This document shows positions 23,660 to 36,521 of a DNA stretch of 64,000 nt, one piece after another (position 1 is the stretch's first letter; each line of letters opens with the position of its first letter). This DNA is from Takakia lepidozioides (taxonomy: Eukaryota > Plantae > Bryophyta), in assembly GCA_030704615.1 (NCBI GenBank), contig CM060732.1, positions 26,412,001 through 26,476,000 on the forward strand, read 5' to 3'. The position numbers and the translations under genes were made by a program. The notes beneath the pieces are model-generated. The model saw nothing but the letters and a program-made list of their open reading frames with translations. It was not told where the DNA came from and did not search any database.

Positions 23660-25990
23660 TAGTGAATGCCTATAATTACTTGTAGGGCCTCCCTCCTATG
23701 ACAACCATGCTGGGCATATCCTGCGATCATTGCATTCCAAGACACCACATCTTGTTCGGCCATATCATCAAACACTCCCTTGTCATCCTTGATGCTACCA
23801 TATTCAAAATACATGTCCACCCAGGTAGAGTTTAGAACAAATACCTCTCGTACTATTCCCATTTTGAGGCTGTCCAATTTCAGGGCTACGAAGCTCGCAC
23901 ATTCATTGCAAACGCAACCAATTGTGACCTTGTCCGGCTTCAACATCACTAAAAGAACTCGTTGTATAGTCGAATACCAATGTCATGAAGGGGGGAATGT
24001 ATCAAATTGTACACTTGAAGACTGCAAATAGGGATGACGATTACAAATCAATTCGAAGTCTGCAAACTGCATGACTCAATGAAGTATGCTACTTACTACT
24101 TCATGATATTTGCCCACGCCACTACATAGTGAAACTGCAAACTGCTTCGAGCTCCAGATCCAATATTTTGTCACTATCAAATGGACACATGTTCACATAT
24201 GACAAGTGCTTCGTTAAAGATAGATGGATGAGGTCATCCAATGGATGAACCCATTCATGTATATGCCTTAAGATGCCACGTGTAGTGATGTAATCATAGA
24301 AACAGAGATGTGAAACCTCCAGTAGTCATGTAGTCATAAGCTTATATGGCATGTCATCAATGTGTAGTAGTGGTGTAGTCATTTAGTCATAAGCTTACGT
24401 GGCACGTGTCTGACGTGTAGTATTGCGTATGACTACTAGTTATATAAACCAAGCCTATGTTCTTGGTCAACACTGTTTGACCGCGGCTCCTAGTCATGTA
24501 GTAAAACGTATGACTACATTAGATTAAAATATATTAAAATTCACCCAACAATGGGTTTCATCACTTCGTAGTCACACATATAGTCATGATTACCAAGATA
24601 GAAACATTAATCTGTAGTAGTGGTGCCAGAAGAGGCATTGTGGACTCCCTCTCTTGATCCGCTTCCAGAAGCTGTGGTCACGGTTGAGGTGCTTGGTTTT
24701 ATCAACTGTGCCGCTGCAGCTGCTGCCTTCAGTTGACCATCTACCCATGCAGGTTTCTTGTGGCTATTGATCCACAGGGAATCATAGGTAATCTTGTGCT
24801 TGAAATCTGGCCCTCTTGGAAACTCTGTACCCACTCTCTATCCCTGCTCCTTCAGCTATCCATGCGTCTGCACAAATCATGCATTCATCCTTGCTTTGCT
24901 GCTAGCAGCTGACAATAACAGCCTAGACACCCAACTTAGCTTATGACCCTAGTTCTTATGCTGAATTGCGTCTGTATTCTTTATAATCTAACAGGCATTC
25001 ACCTTTTTGCCTCGATTGTCTCACCATTGACTGGGGTCACAAAAGTATCCATTCCACAGCTTCTCCTCATCTCTATTACATACTTTCTTGTTGTCACATT
25101 GGCAGTATCATGTCCAATTCATTCCAAACTAGATTCACTCAACCAGCTAACTTGCAGAATTCAACATGGAAATTTAGGGCCGATTGTGATAAGAGGGAAA
25201 AATAGGGTGAAAGAGGTGCCTTCAGTAGAAATGTCTGACTTTATCAATTGTGCTGCTGCTACTGCCGCTTCCAGTTGACCATCTACCCATGTAGGTTTCT
25301 TGTAGCTATCCTTCCACAGGGAATCATAGGTAATGTGGAGCTTGAAATCCAGCCCTTTTAGATGAATTTGGACCCACACTCTATCCCTGCTCCTTCAGCT
25401 ATCCATGCCTCTGACAGCCTAGAATTCTACCAGCAAACACCCCAACCATACTGGTGTGGAGTTCTTCCCCAAAACACCCCAACCCTACTTATCACAATCT
25501 GAAATGCATCTGCTTCTCTCTGTAGTCCAACAGGCATTCACATTTTTGTCTCCATTGTCCCACCATTGACCGGGGTCGGAAAGTGTTCACCCCAAAGCTT
25601 CTCCTCACCTCTATTATATGTTTTTGGATACTTCCCTGCTGCCAGACTGGCAGTAACTTGCCAAAGTCACTCCAAACCACCACAGATCTACCCAACGACC
25701 TAACTTACATAATTCAATATGCATCTTGCGGCCGAGTCTGATGAGAGGGCAACACAGGCTGAAATAGGTTGAAGAAGAAGGTGCCCTCACCACATTGTCC
25801 TTGACCTCGTGTCCTGACCCATGGAGGATTTGACCGACCATCAACCCAAAAGGACCTCTTGTGTGTGCTGCTTGTGTCTGTAGTCAGGTAATGTCGGATT
25901 GGTCTATGAGATCGAACCACTACGGTGCAGCTGAGTAGGTAGAGATTGAAACACGCCTGCTAAGACCAAGCTGACTCTCCCTAGAACGGC
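23660..25990 (-). pseudogene. Pseudogene with three PDF motifs followed by a PLS-PPR fragment
   Basis: PDYRHK..EVL/WVDGRSNPPWV (25903-25815); EEKLWGEHF.DPGQWWDN|..LDFKLH..LW..PTWV; DEEKLWNGYFCDPSQW*DNRGKK|..PRGPDFKHK..LWI..PAWV (to about 24700). PPR motifs at 23945-23660 (DVVSWNAMIAGYAQHG). Interrupted by a CACTA block. Confidence 0.8.
24120..24622. mobile_element. CACTA-type repeat block
   Basis: Dense GTAGTCAT/ATGACTAC units, ending TCTGTAGTAGTG (reverse complement of CACTACTACAGA). No matching 3-bp TSD. Confidence 0.6.
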
Positions 25991-26229
25991 GAGCTTGCTT
26001 CTCCTCATCTCGTCTCCTCCTCCTCTTCTCCTTCCTGCATCATTTGCTCAACGCCTCCATCCCACGCCCCTGCATATCCTGCTATCATCGCGTTTCATCC
26101 CTCGGCTAAGTGGTGTGGCGCAGGAGACCAAAAAAACGCCAAGTCCCAGCCCTCCTCTCTGTTCACGATTACCCTAATGGACAACCTTATTAGCAACTTT
26201 TTAAAATTTTTAAACCTAATGGGCAACCT

Positions 26230-26570
26230 TATTAGCATTATATGTGCCTTCAAAATGACACGTGTAGTGATGTAGTCGTATAAATAGAGCTGTGAAACTA
26301 TCTTCAGTCATAGAGTCATAAGATTCCATGAAACGTCGTCCACGTGTAGTCAAACATATCACACTAGTCATATAAACCATCCCTGTCATCATGGTCAACA
26401 ATGTTTGACCAATGCTCCCTAATTTTCCGGAGTTATGTAGTGATATCCATTACTACAGAGTCATAAAACTATGACTGCAACGCATTTCAGCGCTCTGTAG
26501 TCGTCTGCCTAGTGCAGTTTTTATGACTCCGCCAAAGCCGTAGTCCTAAAAACGCTCATATCTTGTAGTG
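26230..26570. mobile_element. CACTA element right end
   Basis: Terminus AAAAACGCTCATATCTTGTAGTG preceded by subterminal GTAGTC repeats. Confidence 0.75.
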
Positions 26571-28090
26571 CTTCCACATACACTTCCACACAGTGAGTTG
26601 TAGATCCAGGTTCCACTTCCGATTCCATTTGGTAGAAAAATTGGCCTGACCGAGGAGGAGCTTATATCCAGTTTTGATAGTGCAACCCATCAATGGGGTG
26701 GTTGACCCATCCTTCCATGTCCATTCGCTCGGGGTGAATTGGAGTCTGCTAAGGGGCAGATTCAGAAACCAAATCAAAGAGGTTTTCTGAGCCCAAAGCC
26801 ACTCATTCCCTTGAGGAGGCCGAGGATCGGGAATACCAGAACGAGATTCAAAAATTCTAATTCTGTAACCCAAATTATGCTCCATGCTTCCTGAACCAAT
26901 GAAAGAGAGCAAACCTTCGGAGGAAGGCCTGAAAGCTAGCCCTTCCCATTGAGACCCTGAAGTTGAAATGGCCAGAAAGGTCCTGAGCTTTTGCCCTTCA
27001 GTAGAGCCAAACCAACACGGAAGGTCGTCAGGGGAGCAGCCACCGCCAAGCAATAGAGGTAGGACAAATGAGACCCCTTGCTTAATGGGATCCCAACCGC
27101 TTCTGACATAGGAAGCCAAAATGAGGGAGGAAAATAGAGGCGGATCCAAGAAATGGCTGTTCTCCCAGACATTGGCAATGTGCGATACCCTTGGACTCCC
27201 ATGTAGCCCATTTCTTATGGAGAGTGGCCAGAGGCTCATAATCAAGATTGCGATTACCAAAAAGTGGTTGGCGGATGGCCTCCTCGAATTAGCAGGTGGC
27301 TCTCCTCTAGGTTAAATGGAAGGGATAGAAGAGGGGATGAGTTAAGTCAGCACAGGCAAAAGACTCGGAGCTCTGCCGCTTTGCCTTTACATAAAGAGGG
27401 AGATGGAGTTGGACAAGCAGCGTGGCCCAAGATCACGTTGGCTAGGATATTGAAACCAGCTTTCAACTGCTTGCTGTTTTTAGGAAAATCACGTGAAGAT
27501 CCTTCCACCAGGGATTGCTTGGTAATCTAGGAGACGAGTTCCTATTGGCTTTGTCACCCACAATGTCATCCCATCGAAACGCCAGCAAGACATGAACAGT
27601 GGATGCGGAGTCAAACTTAGGCGAGTTGTCCCAAAAGGCCCCAAAGTAGATAGTTGTTTTTGTTTGAGAGCTGGAATTGAAAGAGCTGCTTTTCAAAAAT
27701 GTTTCCCACTGAGTTTGAGGGGGAGCTCAACCTCTTTGCTGGCGGAGTAGTATGTTGCGTGGTGAGTAGTAATCCATGAACCTGCCGGACCTTCAAAGCC
27801 ATTAGTAAGCAAGATGGAGGTGGGTTGAGTGGGACCGTTGAGACGACCCAAGATAAATTTGGGAGTGATCTTAAGCACTGCCAGGTTTCTCCTTACAGTG
27901 TTGTCGGGCGTTTGATCACATAGCTTGAGTTGCACAAATGACCGGAGGTCCAAGCATCTTGTAGCAAGATTGATAAGGGGGTTGGAGAAAGGACAAAACT
28001 CAAATACTGCTAGAGGGTGATCGGGGCAGTATGAGGCAAGGTCGTGGCGGTGGGGATGAGACCGAGGGAGAGCCCAATCTCTTGCGCTTG
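26571..28090 (-). mobile_element. L1-type LINE ORF2 fragment
   Basis: WFLNLPLSRLQFTPSEWTWKD..KTGYKLL..KWNRKWN parallels WFLSCPLVDLQFDPGEWRWMD..KKGYSLL..KWNAKWN in the LINE at 47140-47300. Boundary near 28090 is uncertain. Confidence 0.7.
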
Positions 28091-28324
28091 GCATATTCAT
28101 TTACACTAGAATGATTGCCATAAGCAATATCACTAACTCTAAACTAAGATAAAATTCCATGATCTATCTATTGTCCATATTTTCAGAGACAATAGTGTGC
28201 ATAATGTTATTTATTTTTCATAATAGTAATTATGACTATTTTTTATTTTTATTTTTTTTGGGTCCAACGAAACAGCTTGAAAGGCTGGCCTTGAGGAGGT
28301 TTTTTCTTTTGTTCTCTTTTTTTT

Positions 28325-28580
28325 GTTTTTTTTTAAAGAACAGGGGATGGTAGCCCTGGAAAATTTATTAAAGAAGATAAAAACCACAGTAGTTCATGAG
28401 GAAAAAATAACCTCAAACCGAGTGCCATAGAGGCTGATAAAGGAAGACCAAAAAAACTATGGCTCTCAGTGGTGATTTTTTCCTCTTACTTTGTAGCCCC
28501 ACTTCCATTAATAAATTTCCAGGGCCTCCGTGAGTCCCCTGTTCTCTAAAAAATTAAAAAAAAAAAAAGAAAAAGAAAAA
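28325..28580. repeat. Imperfect inverted repeat with poly-T and poly-A outer arms
   Basis: AGAACAGGGGA..GCCCTGGAAAATTTATTAA (28337-28371) versus TTAATAAATTTCCAGGGC..TCCCCTGTTCT (28508-28545). Confidence 0.7.
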
Positions 28581-29454
28581 GAACAGGTTGTGACGTTGTG
28601 ACAGATTCCGCGAACTCGATTTGGTCAGAGGGAGAGTGGGTGCGGGCCAATGAGAGCGCGCAGTGTTGGTGCGTCCTTTGGGCCGGGCTGGCGTCTTCTT
28701 GTCTCTTCTCTCCGCCATCGCTGCCTGCCAACCTTCAGGCCCCACACTCTGGCCTGCAAGCGGGGATTCCTATGGCGGAACCATCACAGAGCCGCATTGG
28801 ATCGTAGAGCATCGAATCACTCACAGAACTGCAACTCAGTGAATTTGGATGTGGTGTGGGGATAAAAGAGACATTACAAGTTTTGGTAGACGAGCCATCG
28901 TGCCCTCCGTAATTGAGGGCGTCTGTGTCGGACTGAAGAGAGTGTGCGCAGAGAATCAATATCAGAGAGGGAACGGGGGGCTTGCGGGTGGTGTCAGTGG
29001 ATAGCATAGGTTTGCTGTGAGATAGGAGGAGGGATTCCTTTTTTTCAAGTCTCCGAAAGGAAGCTGAGCTTTTATGTTTGTTGAGATCTCGTCAGTATTT
29101 TTTCTGCATTGTCAGCAGTCGCAAAGAGAGATCTTCATGTAGATCAGGAGAGCAGAGGAAGGAGTAACAGTATATTTCTCTTTAATTTGTTTGTTATTCT
29201 CCGTAAAAGCACCTAATGCATGAAGACGGAGTGATACTCTGGATGAGAAAGAATCTAAACGGAAGTGTCTGAAAAGCCCAATCAACTAAGAGTAATCGGC
29301 TGTTTGTTGTGGTTATTACTCTCTGTTTTAGTCACAAGGAGGGGGTGAGTCCGTGAGTGAGAGAGAATGCTGTCAGAGTCCTAAGGGAGGGCTTTCATCC
29401 TGTGTAGAGAGAGAAACAGATAACGGCAAGGGGGAAGAAGGGAAAGAGAAAGCG

Positions 29455-32400
29455 ATGGCGTGCTCATGTGGCGGCGGTTTGTTTCCAAATCCATGTAATG
29501 TACAGCCATCTCCACATATTCCTAAGCACAAACTCACTACCACGATACCTTTTACCTTGTCTGGTCCAAATCAATCACATTTGATCTCTAAGAGAGCTTG
29601 CAAGCAACCTTTGCTCCCAAAAACGTTTCTCCCTCCTAAGAGTCCGAAATTTTTGCAAGGGGTTGTTAAGGGGTATGGCTTCCCCAGGGGGCAGCGTGCA
29701 TTTCGTCCAGGTGGGAACCTCCTCTAATCTCACTTTTTCTCTCTCCATAGTGTCCCGGCACTCTGTGTGATAGTGCTGCCAGGTCCTTGTCTATGCGTTT
29801 TTCATCGGTCTCTGCCACTATTTCCAGTTGACATTGCATGCAAGGTGATACAACAAAAAGTGGCGTTTGACATTCGGTTTATTTTCTGGCTGACTGTTTG
29901 CAGCGTTCCTCCTCTTCCTCGAGAGGATGTTTGCAAGTTTCTGTCCAGCAACATGTTTTTGGATCTATGAAATCAATCAGGGCGCTAAGGCCCCGTTGTT
30001 CCACCGATGAGAATCTATTTTTAATTCAGTGTCTCATGGGGCTCCCCAAATGAGGCTCTGGGGGGAGAGTAGTTAGCTGGGGCACAGTAAATTGGCCAGA
30101 TGGGAGAGAGCAGGTTAGGGTGAAGCTTTTAGATAGGGGAGGCATGTTAGGCTGGTGGAAAAGCGCTGGCGGATGGGACTGAAGGATAAGACAGAGGAAT
30201 CTTCTGCAAGAGGATGCTGTCTCATCAAATAATAGGGGACAAAATAGACGGAAAGAATGTGCACTGAGATTGTCTCAGCCTATTTTTTAAATCCTTTTGA
30301 TTGTATTAAACCATCCCTGTATTCATCTGTTGGTTGTCTGTGCAACAGTGTGGAGAGCATTTGGAAAACAAGAATTGGTGGTCTGCTTTGGAGAGTTGCT
30401 TATTGATTTTGTACCCACAGTTGGAGGGCTATCTCTGGCCGATGCTCCAGCATTTAAAAAAGCACCTGGAGGTGCTCCTGCAAATGTTGCCGTCGGGATT
30501 GCCAAGCTTGGCGGCAATGCGGCTTTTGTGGGCAAGGTGATCTCTCTCTCTCTCCCCCTCTCAAGACTAATATTCTCTTCCTTCAGTGAAGGTAACCACT
30601 CATATTGCGCAAATGCAAGTCAAGGCAATTTTCTGAGGAAGCTCTGCAACAGTTCTTGACTAACTCAACATTCAAGTCAAAGAGACATGTGGATGTTGAG
30701 CAATTGTGTGTTCTCAGCAGATGGTCCATTCATTACATGATCCATTGGTCCACTAACTAACTGGCTTTAGATGGAAGTAGGTGATAAGGAAGGCCATGAT
30801 TCAACAGTTGTAGGATATTGCAGTTGAAATGTAGTTCCAATTCACTGAAGGTCTTGACTTACAGGAATACTCAATTAAGCTTGAATCTAGTTGCCAGATC
30901 TCTGCCGCAGTACTGAATCTGTGCGGCTGTAGTCTCGTTGGAAATTCTTAATGTGTAGGCCAGTGCACAACACAACAATGACGATGCACTCTTAAGAGGT
31001 AGCAGCGGATATCAAACTCCAGTGAAGAACTGTGTGAGAAACTGAAACGGGAAGGTTGTCAATAGTGGGACAAGCACTCTAATGGCATTTCATTACAATG
31101 AACGAAGGCCACATCCATTTCAGCTGTGTAACAACAGTATCTGTTTGCAGATCTTAGTTTGAACTACAATTGGGATAGCAGAACATTAAGTCTAACTTGA
31201 GTCATATTTGGTGGTTGCTTAGGTCGGGGATGATGAGTTTGGCTACATGCTAGTGGATGTTCTGAAGGAGCATCGGGTGGAAACGCGGGGATGCCGGTTT
31301 GATCCCAATGCCCGGACAGCACTGGCATTTGTGACACTGCGTGCTGACGGGGAGCGGGAGTTCATGTTCTATCGGAATCCTAGTGCTGACATGCTGTTTC
31401 AACCCAAGGAGCTTGATATGGACCTCATTCGACAGGTACCAGCCTTCCTCCTTCATCTCAGCTTAGTTCAAATGGCTCTACTGCCTTACAGTGGAGTGTG
31501 TTAACCTCACATTTTTGGAAGTAGTGCATCCTTATTCCCATTGCGGATTTGTACTTGCCTTATGTGTAGTGGCATGAATTGACACTACTATCCAGAGTCT
31601 AGACTCTGATCCATTTGCTTGAAATGGATGGTTGAAATTCGCCACTAAATCTGTGACTAACTTATCAAGTGTCCAAAAGTTGGGGTTGAGGTCTAATACT
31701 ACCAAATCTCGATAAAAATTGGATCTTCATCTGGAAGTACTGAAGTGGAAAATTGTGACCAACTACTGTCTACCTCTTCAAGTTCTATCTCTTTGCATGA
31801 TCTTCCACCCCTTCAAGTTTAGGGAGCCTTAGGGACCTTGGCAATAGTATGGGTACATGAAAATGTCAAATGAGTGGTGAATTCACTGTGGCTATTTACC
31901 GTTCTGACTCCAGGTCTTCCAGAACATGGGCACCCAGTAGAATATGGGTTGTAAATTTTTTTCGGATTCTGAAAACTGCCTCATTTGGAGCCCATGATAA
32001 CCATGTTCTTGGTAACACATGCAGCTTCCAGCTGTTGCACCATGTGGCTACTTAGCAAGCAATTATTTGACATCACTGATTCTATATATTCCTTTTAATC
32101 TGTGATAGTATTTATATTGCTGCTAGGGCATCTTGAGGAAGACAAGAGAGAGAGGTTCTTTTATTGAGTCCTGCATTATCATTCCAATGGACAAGGGACA
32201 TGACTGTTATCTGCAAACAGTAGCTATGACAATCCCCCGAAGAAGTCAGTACATATTGGCATGATATTTCTAGATAAGGTTCTTAAGTGAAATGATCTTC
32301 AGGGCACAGTAGTACCTGTGGATTCCCACCCTACTGAGGTGGTTGTCGGGGTTCAGCCCTGTAGAATATTTGCCATAGTGCTTCTGCATAGCTGACTATG

Positions 32401-35400
32401 CAATCCAGTAAGAGTGTTAATTTTATGGGCTGGGGTTGACATCGTACTAAAAGTATAAGGTCAATGAGTGCTACCTTCTATCTTGCAACATGTGACACAT
32501 GGGGCTATGGTTGTGCTGTGACTTAAACTACTACCAAAAAAAATGCCCAAAAGAGATGTTCTTTCTACCCAACAGGGTATAGAACTGTGATTCTTGGGGT
32601 CTCGCTTATCCCAGTGCTATTCCAGCCAAAGTTGCTCAATTCGAAGTTTGAATAGGTTCTTGTGTGAAAGTCTTGTTATGAGTGAGTGAATGAATGAGGG
32701 TGTAAGAGGAGCCCTCTAAGTTGGATTCTTTCCGAACAAATGTAGGCACTCCCCATGAAAAAAGCAGCTTGAACAGGTTCCTTGTTGGAAACCTTCCCTT
32801 CAAAGAAGTCAGGTGTGCCAAACATGGCCGAATAGAGTTCTCACATAGGAGGAGTGTGTATGAGCAGGCAAGCATCTTCCACTACGGATCAATTAGCCTG
32901 ATTTCAGAGCCCTCTCGATCGACACATATGGAAGCAATGCGCCTTGCCAAGGAAGCGGGTGCGTTGTTGTCATATGACCCCAATCTTCGGCTGCCCTTGT
33001 GGCCATCACCAGAGGAGGCAAAGGAGGGCATCAAGAGTATCTGGGACCAGGCCGATGTGATCAAGGTCTGAGCTAATCCATCCCTCCTCAGTTCCTTTCT
33101 CCACCCTGTTTCTGTCTCTGTCTGTGTGTCTCTCTCTCCCTGCTAATGTGAGTCAGAACTACTGTCATAGTTCTAAGCAGAAAAAGGGCAAGTTGACCAG
33201 GACTACCAGTGGCTCTGGCGTGTGGAAGAAGTTGATTCTGAGATTGTGGCTGGGAAAGCTTACATTCAAAAAGTTGTCGTAACAGGCTGGTGAAAGATGT
33301 TAGCTGCTGTCGGAGTTTTCTTCTGCAGGCAGATTGACTTAACAAGGACAAGATCTATGTAGCTCAGGTTGTTTGACCAGCCTTAGGGTATCCGTCCCCT
33401 GTATGGGAGGTAATTTTAAGTGTCCTAAGGACAGCATGGCAGTTTCCTGAAGAGTCACTAGTGTTGGGGTGAGAGCTTACTTCCGACTGCCTGGAGATCC
33501 CCGAACATTGCTGACTCTGTCCCACGTACCTTTCGAACAAGCCAAGTGGTGGTGGAACAGTGGGATGAGATTTTCACTCGAATATCTCAAGGGTGGACCT
33601 GCTTGAGGAGCCAGAAGATGGAGGCCAAAATTGGTCAGAGGGAAACTTCAAAATGAGCCAGCTGAAGCCCAGCACAAATTTACTGTGCTACTTCACACAG
33701 CCTTTGGTTGCACACTGTGACTCAAGGATGACCTGAAGGCCTCCCCAAATGCATACTTAGAGTAGGCTGCCAACCTCTCTGTGCCTGCAGGTACAAAGGG
33801 AGTCCACAGATTGGATCTATGGACATGATGGTGAGGATAGCAACATTTTCTTATGCATTGTCATGTTATCTGTCCAATGTGAGGCTCTTTTCGAAAGCAC
33901 CAAATTGACTGTCACTGGGTGAACACTCGCATCAATTCAATGCTAGTTAAGAGCTTTCTCAAGGAATGTGGAATGCCAGAAACACTTATATCTTGTGGTA
34001 AGTCCCTTAAGCATCCACGAGACCACATCCTGCTCTCCTATCCTTCCAGGCTGGGAGCTGGGTCTATGTCACAAGGTCATGGCAAGCCACGTATAAGGAG
34101 TAAATCTCTTTCTCTCTAGAGCTCTTTTTGATGTGGCGTTTGTTGTAGATCTAGTATATCCCATGAGAACTTTGGGCCCCCTGTGGACATTAAGTGTCTT
34201 TCTCTCTCCCCCCTCACTCTCACTCTCAATGGCCACAAGGCTACGGCAAACAACGTCTTATGTTTACATTCTCTCCCCCCCCACTCTCTCTCTCTCCCTC
34301 CCTCCCTCACTGTCAAAGGGTCTATGGCCACAAGGCTACGGAAAACGTCTTACGAGTACGATTTCTGTCTGTCTAAGGGAGGTGTTGAAAAGAAGGAGAT
34401 CTTGAGATCTTCTGTGTTCTCTCCGGTTGGTTGTGTGACAATCAACTTACACACCTTCTGAGGCTCCAGTGCTAAACAGGTGACTTTGGCTGACCCAAAT
34501 GCCAACAACAGGAGCACCAGAAACTTCCAGCCAAAATGAAAAAGTGGCCATGACAACTAACTCAGAGTCTTAGAAGCTGGAGAAAGCCCTATCCCAATTA
34601 CTCTTCCAGTCGTTATTGCAGCAGTATAGCACAAACAATGGAAGACTAGAATCGACCTGTGACAGAGTCTAAGAGACCATGGTTTGCATGTTGAAGTCTG
34701 CACCTGGAAGGAAAGGGTACCCCATCCCACATGGGTTTGTGGTCATCCAGGCTGAAAAGCATTTCTTGTCTGGAGGGTTTGTCAGATCATCCATGCTTGT
34801 TGGATAACCAGACAGCAGAAGATGGGCACCGCATGCTTGAACTTGAGGCCATGAATTGGCTTTTCCCTTCTGCATGATTTGCTTGTATTATCTGCTCTAT
34901 GATTCGTCAAGGAAGTTAGTTGTGCTTGGCCATGCATTACAAAGTTGTTTCTGGTTTCAATGCATTTGTCTTCCTGGGCCTCCCTCTTCATTTAGCTTGT
35001 CTATATTATTTTTTGAGAGATTATTATCATGATGTGAAGCTCTTTAGGGCAGGGAGGGGCTATTGTGGTCCTTTTTATATGAAGAGCCTCATTTTCTTGA
35101 GAGCCTGAAGCTACGTTTGACTAGGAAGAAGTCTGCTACGTAACATCATGAGTTCTTTCTGCAGTGCTATAGACAGTGGGGCTGCCTATTGTACGTGAAA
35201 CTAGGTCTGCCTGCTTTGGCTTATATCCCTTGTGACAATCAGTGTTTCATTGACAAAGGGCTTGATTGGATTCCCATTTGAGTGTTTTTTACGTCTGAGT
35301 GCCCACCTTCTTAAAGTGCTAAATTGTTTTATTGATGGTGGGTCTGAAGGTGAGTGATGAAGAGGTGACATTCCTCACAGGTGGGGATCCCAAAAGTGAT

Positions 35401-36521
35401 GAAAATAACATGAAGCTGCTTCATCCAAAATGTAAGCTGATGCTGGTGACTGAAGGTGGCGAGGGATGTCGATATTATACCCCGGTATGCAAATCATTAA
35501 CCATACTAGCTCTGATCAGTCCCTTGCAAGCACAGATTACTCTAAAAATGGATGGAATTTTTTTGGCTTAACCTCCATCCACAAAGGTTCGAGGGGTGCC
35601 CAGTAGACTTTCACATTTTTGGTCAAGTGGGCGCGGGGCCAATGGCCACCAGGCTACGGCAAACAAGTAAGTCTTACTACCAACGTCAGCCCCTGACAGA
35701 GGTAGGTTCTGTCCCTTTGGTTTCTGCTCAAACTGGGCGCGGGGTCAATGGCCACAAGGCTACGGCAAACAACGTCTTATGAGTACATTCTCTCTCTCCT
35801 GTTGGGGTCTAATTGCTGGAGAGCTCACTGTGCCCCAAGTTCCGTCCATGCTTGTCTTCACTTGTGAAAAGGGGACATGTAGATTTTTCTTACATGGCTG
35901 TGTAGTCTGAAGTCATTGCTTGCATTACATTTGCCTTGTTTGTGATATGACAAGTTACATTCATCCCTGGAAGAGACAGGAGATTTTTGTATACGGCTGT
36001 GTACATCTGGTTCTTAGTGTTGACAATTGTAGTCACGTCATGCAGCATATGAAAGGAAGAGTCAGTGGTATTAAAGTACAAGTAGTGGACACTACTGGGG
36101 CTGGTGATGCATTTTGTGCTGGCATTCTTAGCCAGATTGTGAAGGACACATCAATAATGCAGGTAAGAACAAAACCCAGAGCCGCTGCATGCACTGATTT
36201 ATCTGATTGTGTTACTGTTAGCAGTACATAGAATAATCTGGAAACTCGGCAGAAACTGCATGAATGCAATGGCAGTTGAAACCTAATGTTTCGTTTGTCA
36301 TGGTCGCGCTAAATCCTAAATTTTGCTGAACAGATGTCAGTGGATATTATAATCACCCTTGTCAACTTCGGATATGTGCACTACAGGATGAAGGTCGGTT
36401 GCGGGAAGCGTTGAGGTTTGCTAATGCGTGCGGGGCTGTCACGACGACAGAGAGGGGGGCAATTCCAGCCCTTCCCGACAAAGACACTGTGATGAGGCTC
36501 ATAAGTAAAGTCCCTGCTTAA
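29455..36521 (+). CDS. FRK: Fructokinase (pfkB family), probably plastid-targeted, 7 exons
   Basis: Exons 29455-29710, 30349-30536, 31223-31435, 32868-33065, 35350-35484, 36046-36162, 36387-36521 join in frame with GT-AG. Motifs [57 protein letters not shown]. Exon 1 resembles a transit peptide. Confidence 0.95.
34228..35797 (+). repeat. Four copies of a ~40-bp dispersed motif linked to (CT)n
   Basis: ATGGCCACAAGGCTACGGCAAACAACGTCTTA(T/C)GAGTAC at about 34229, 34325, 35642 and 35748. Reverse copy at 54883-54916. Confidence 0.8.
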
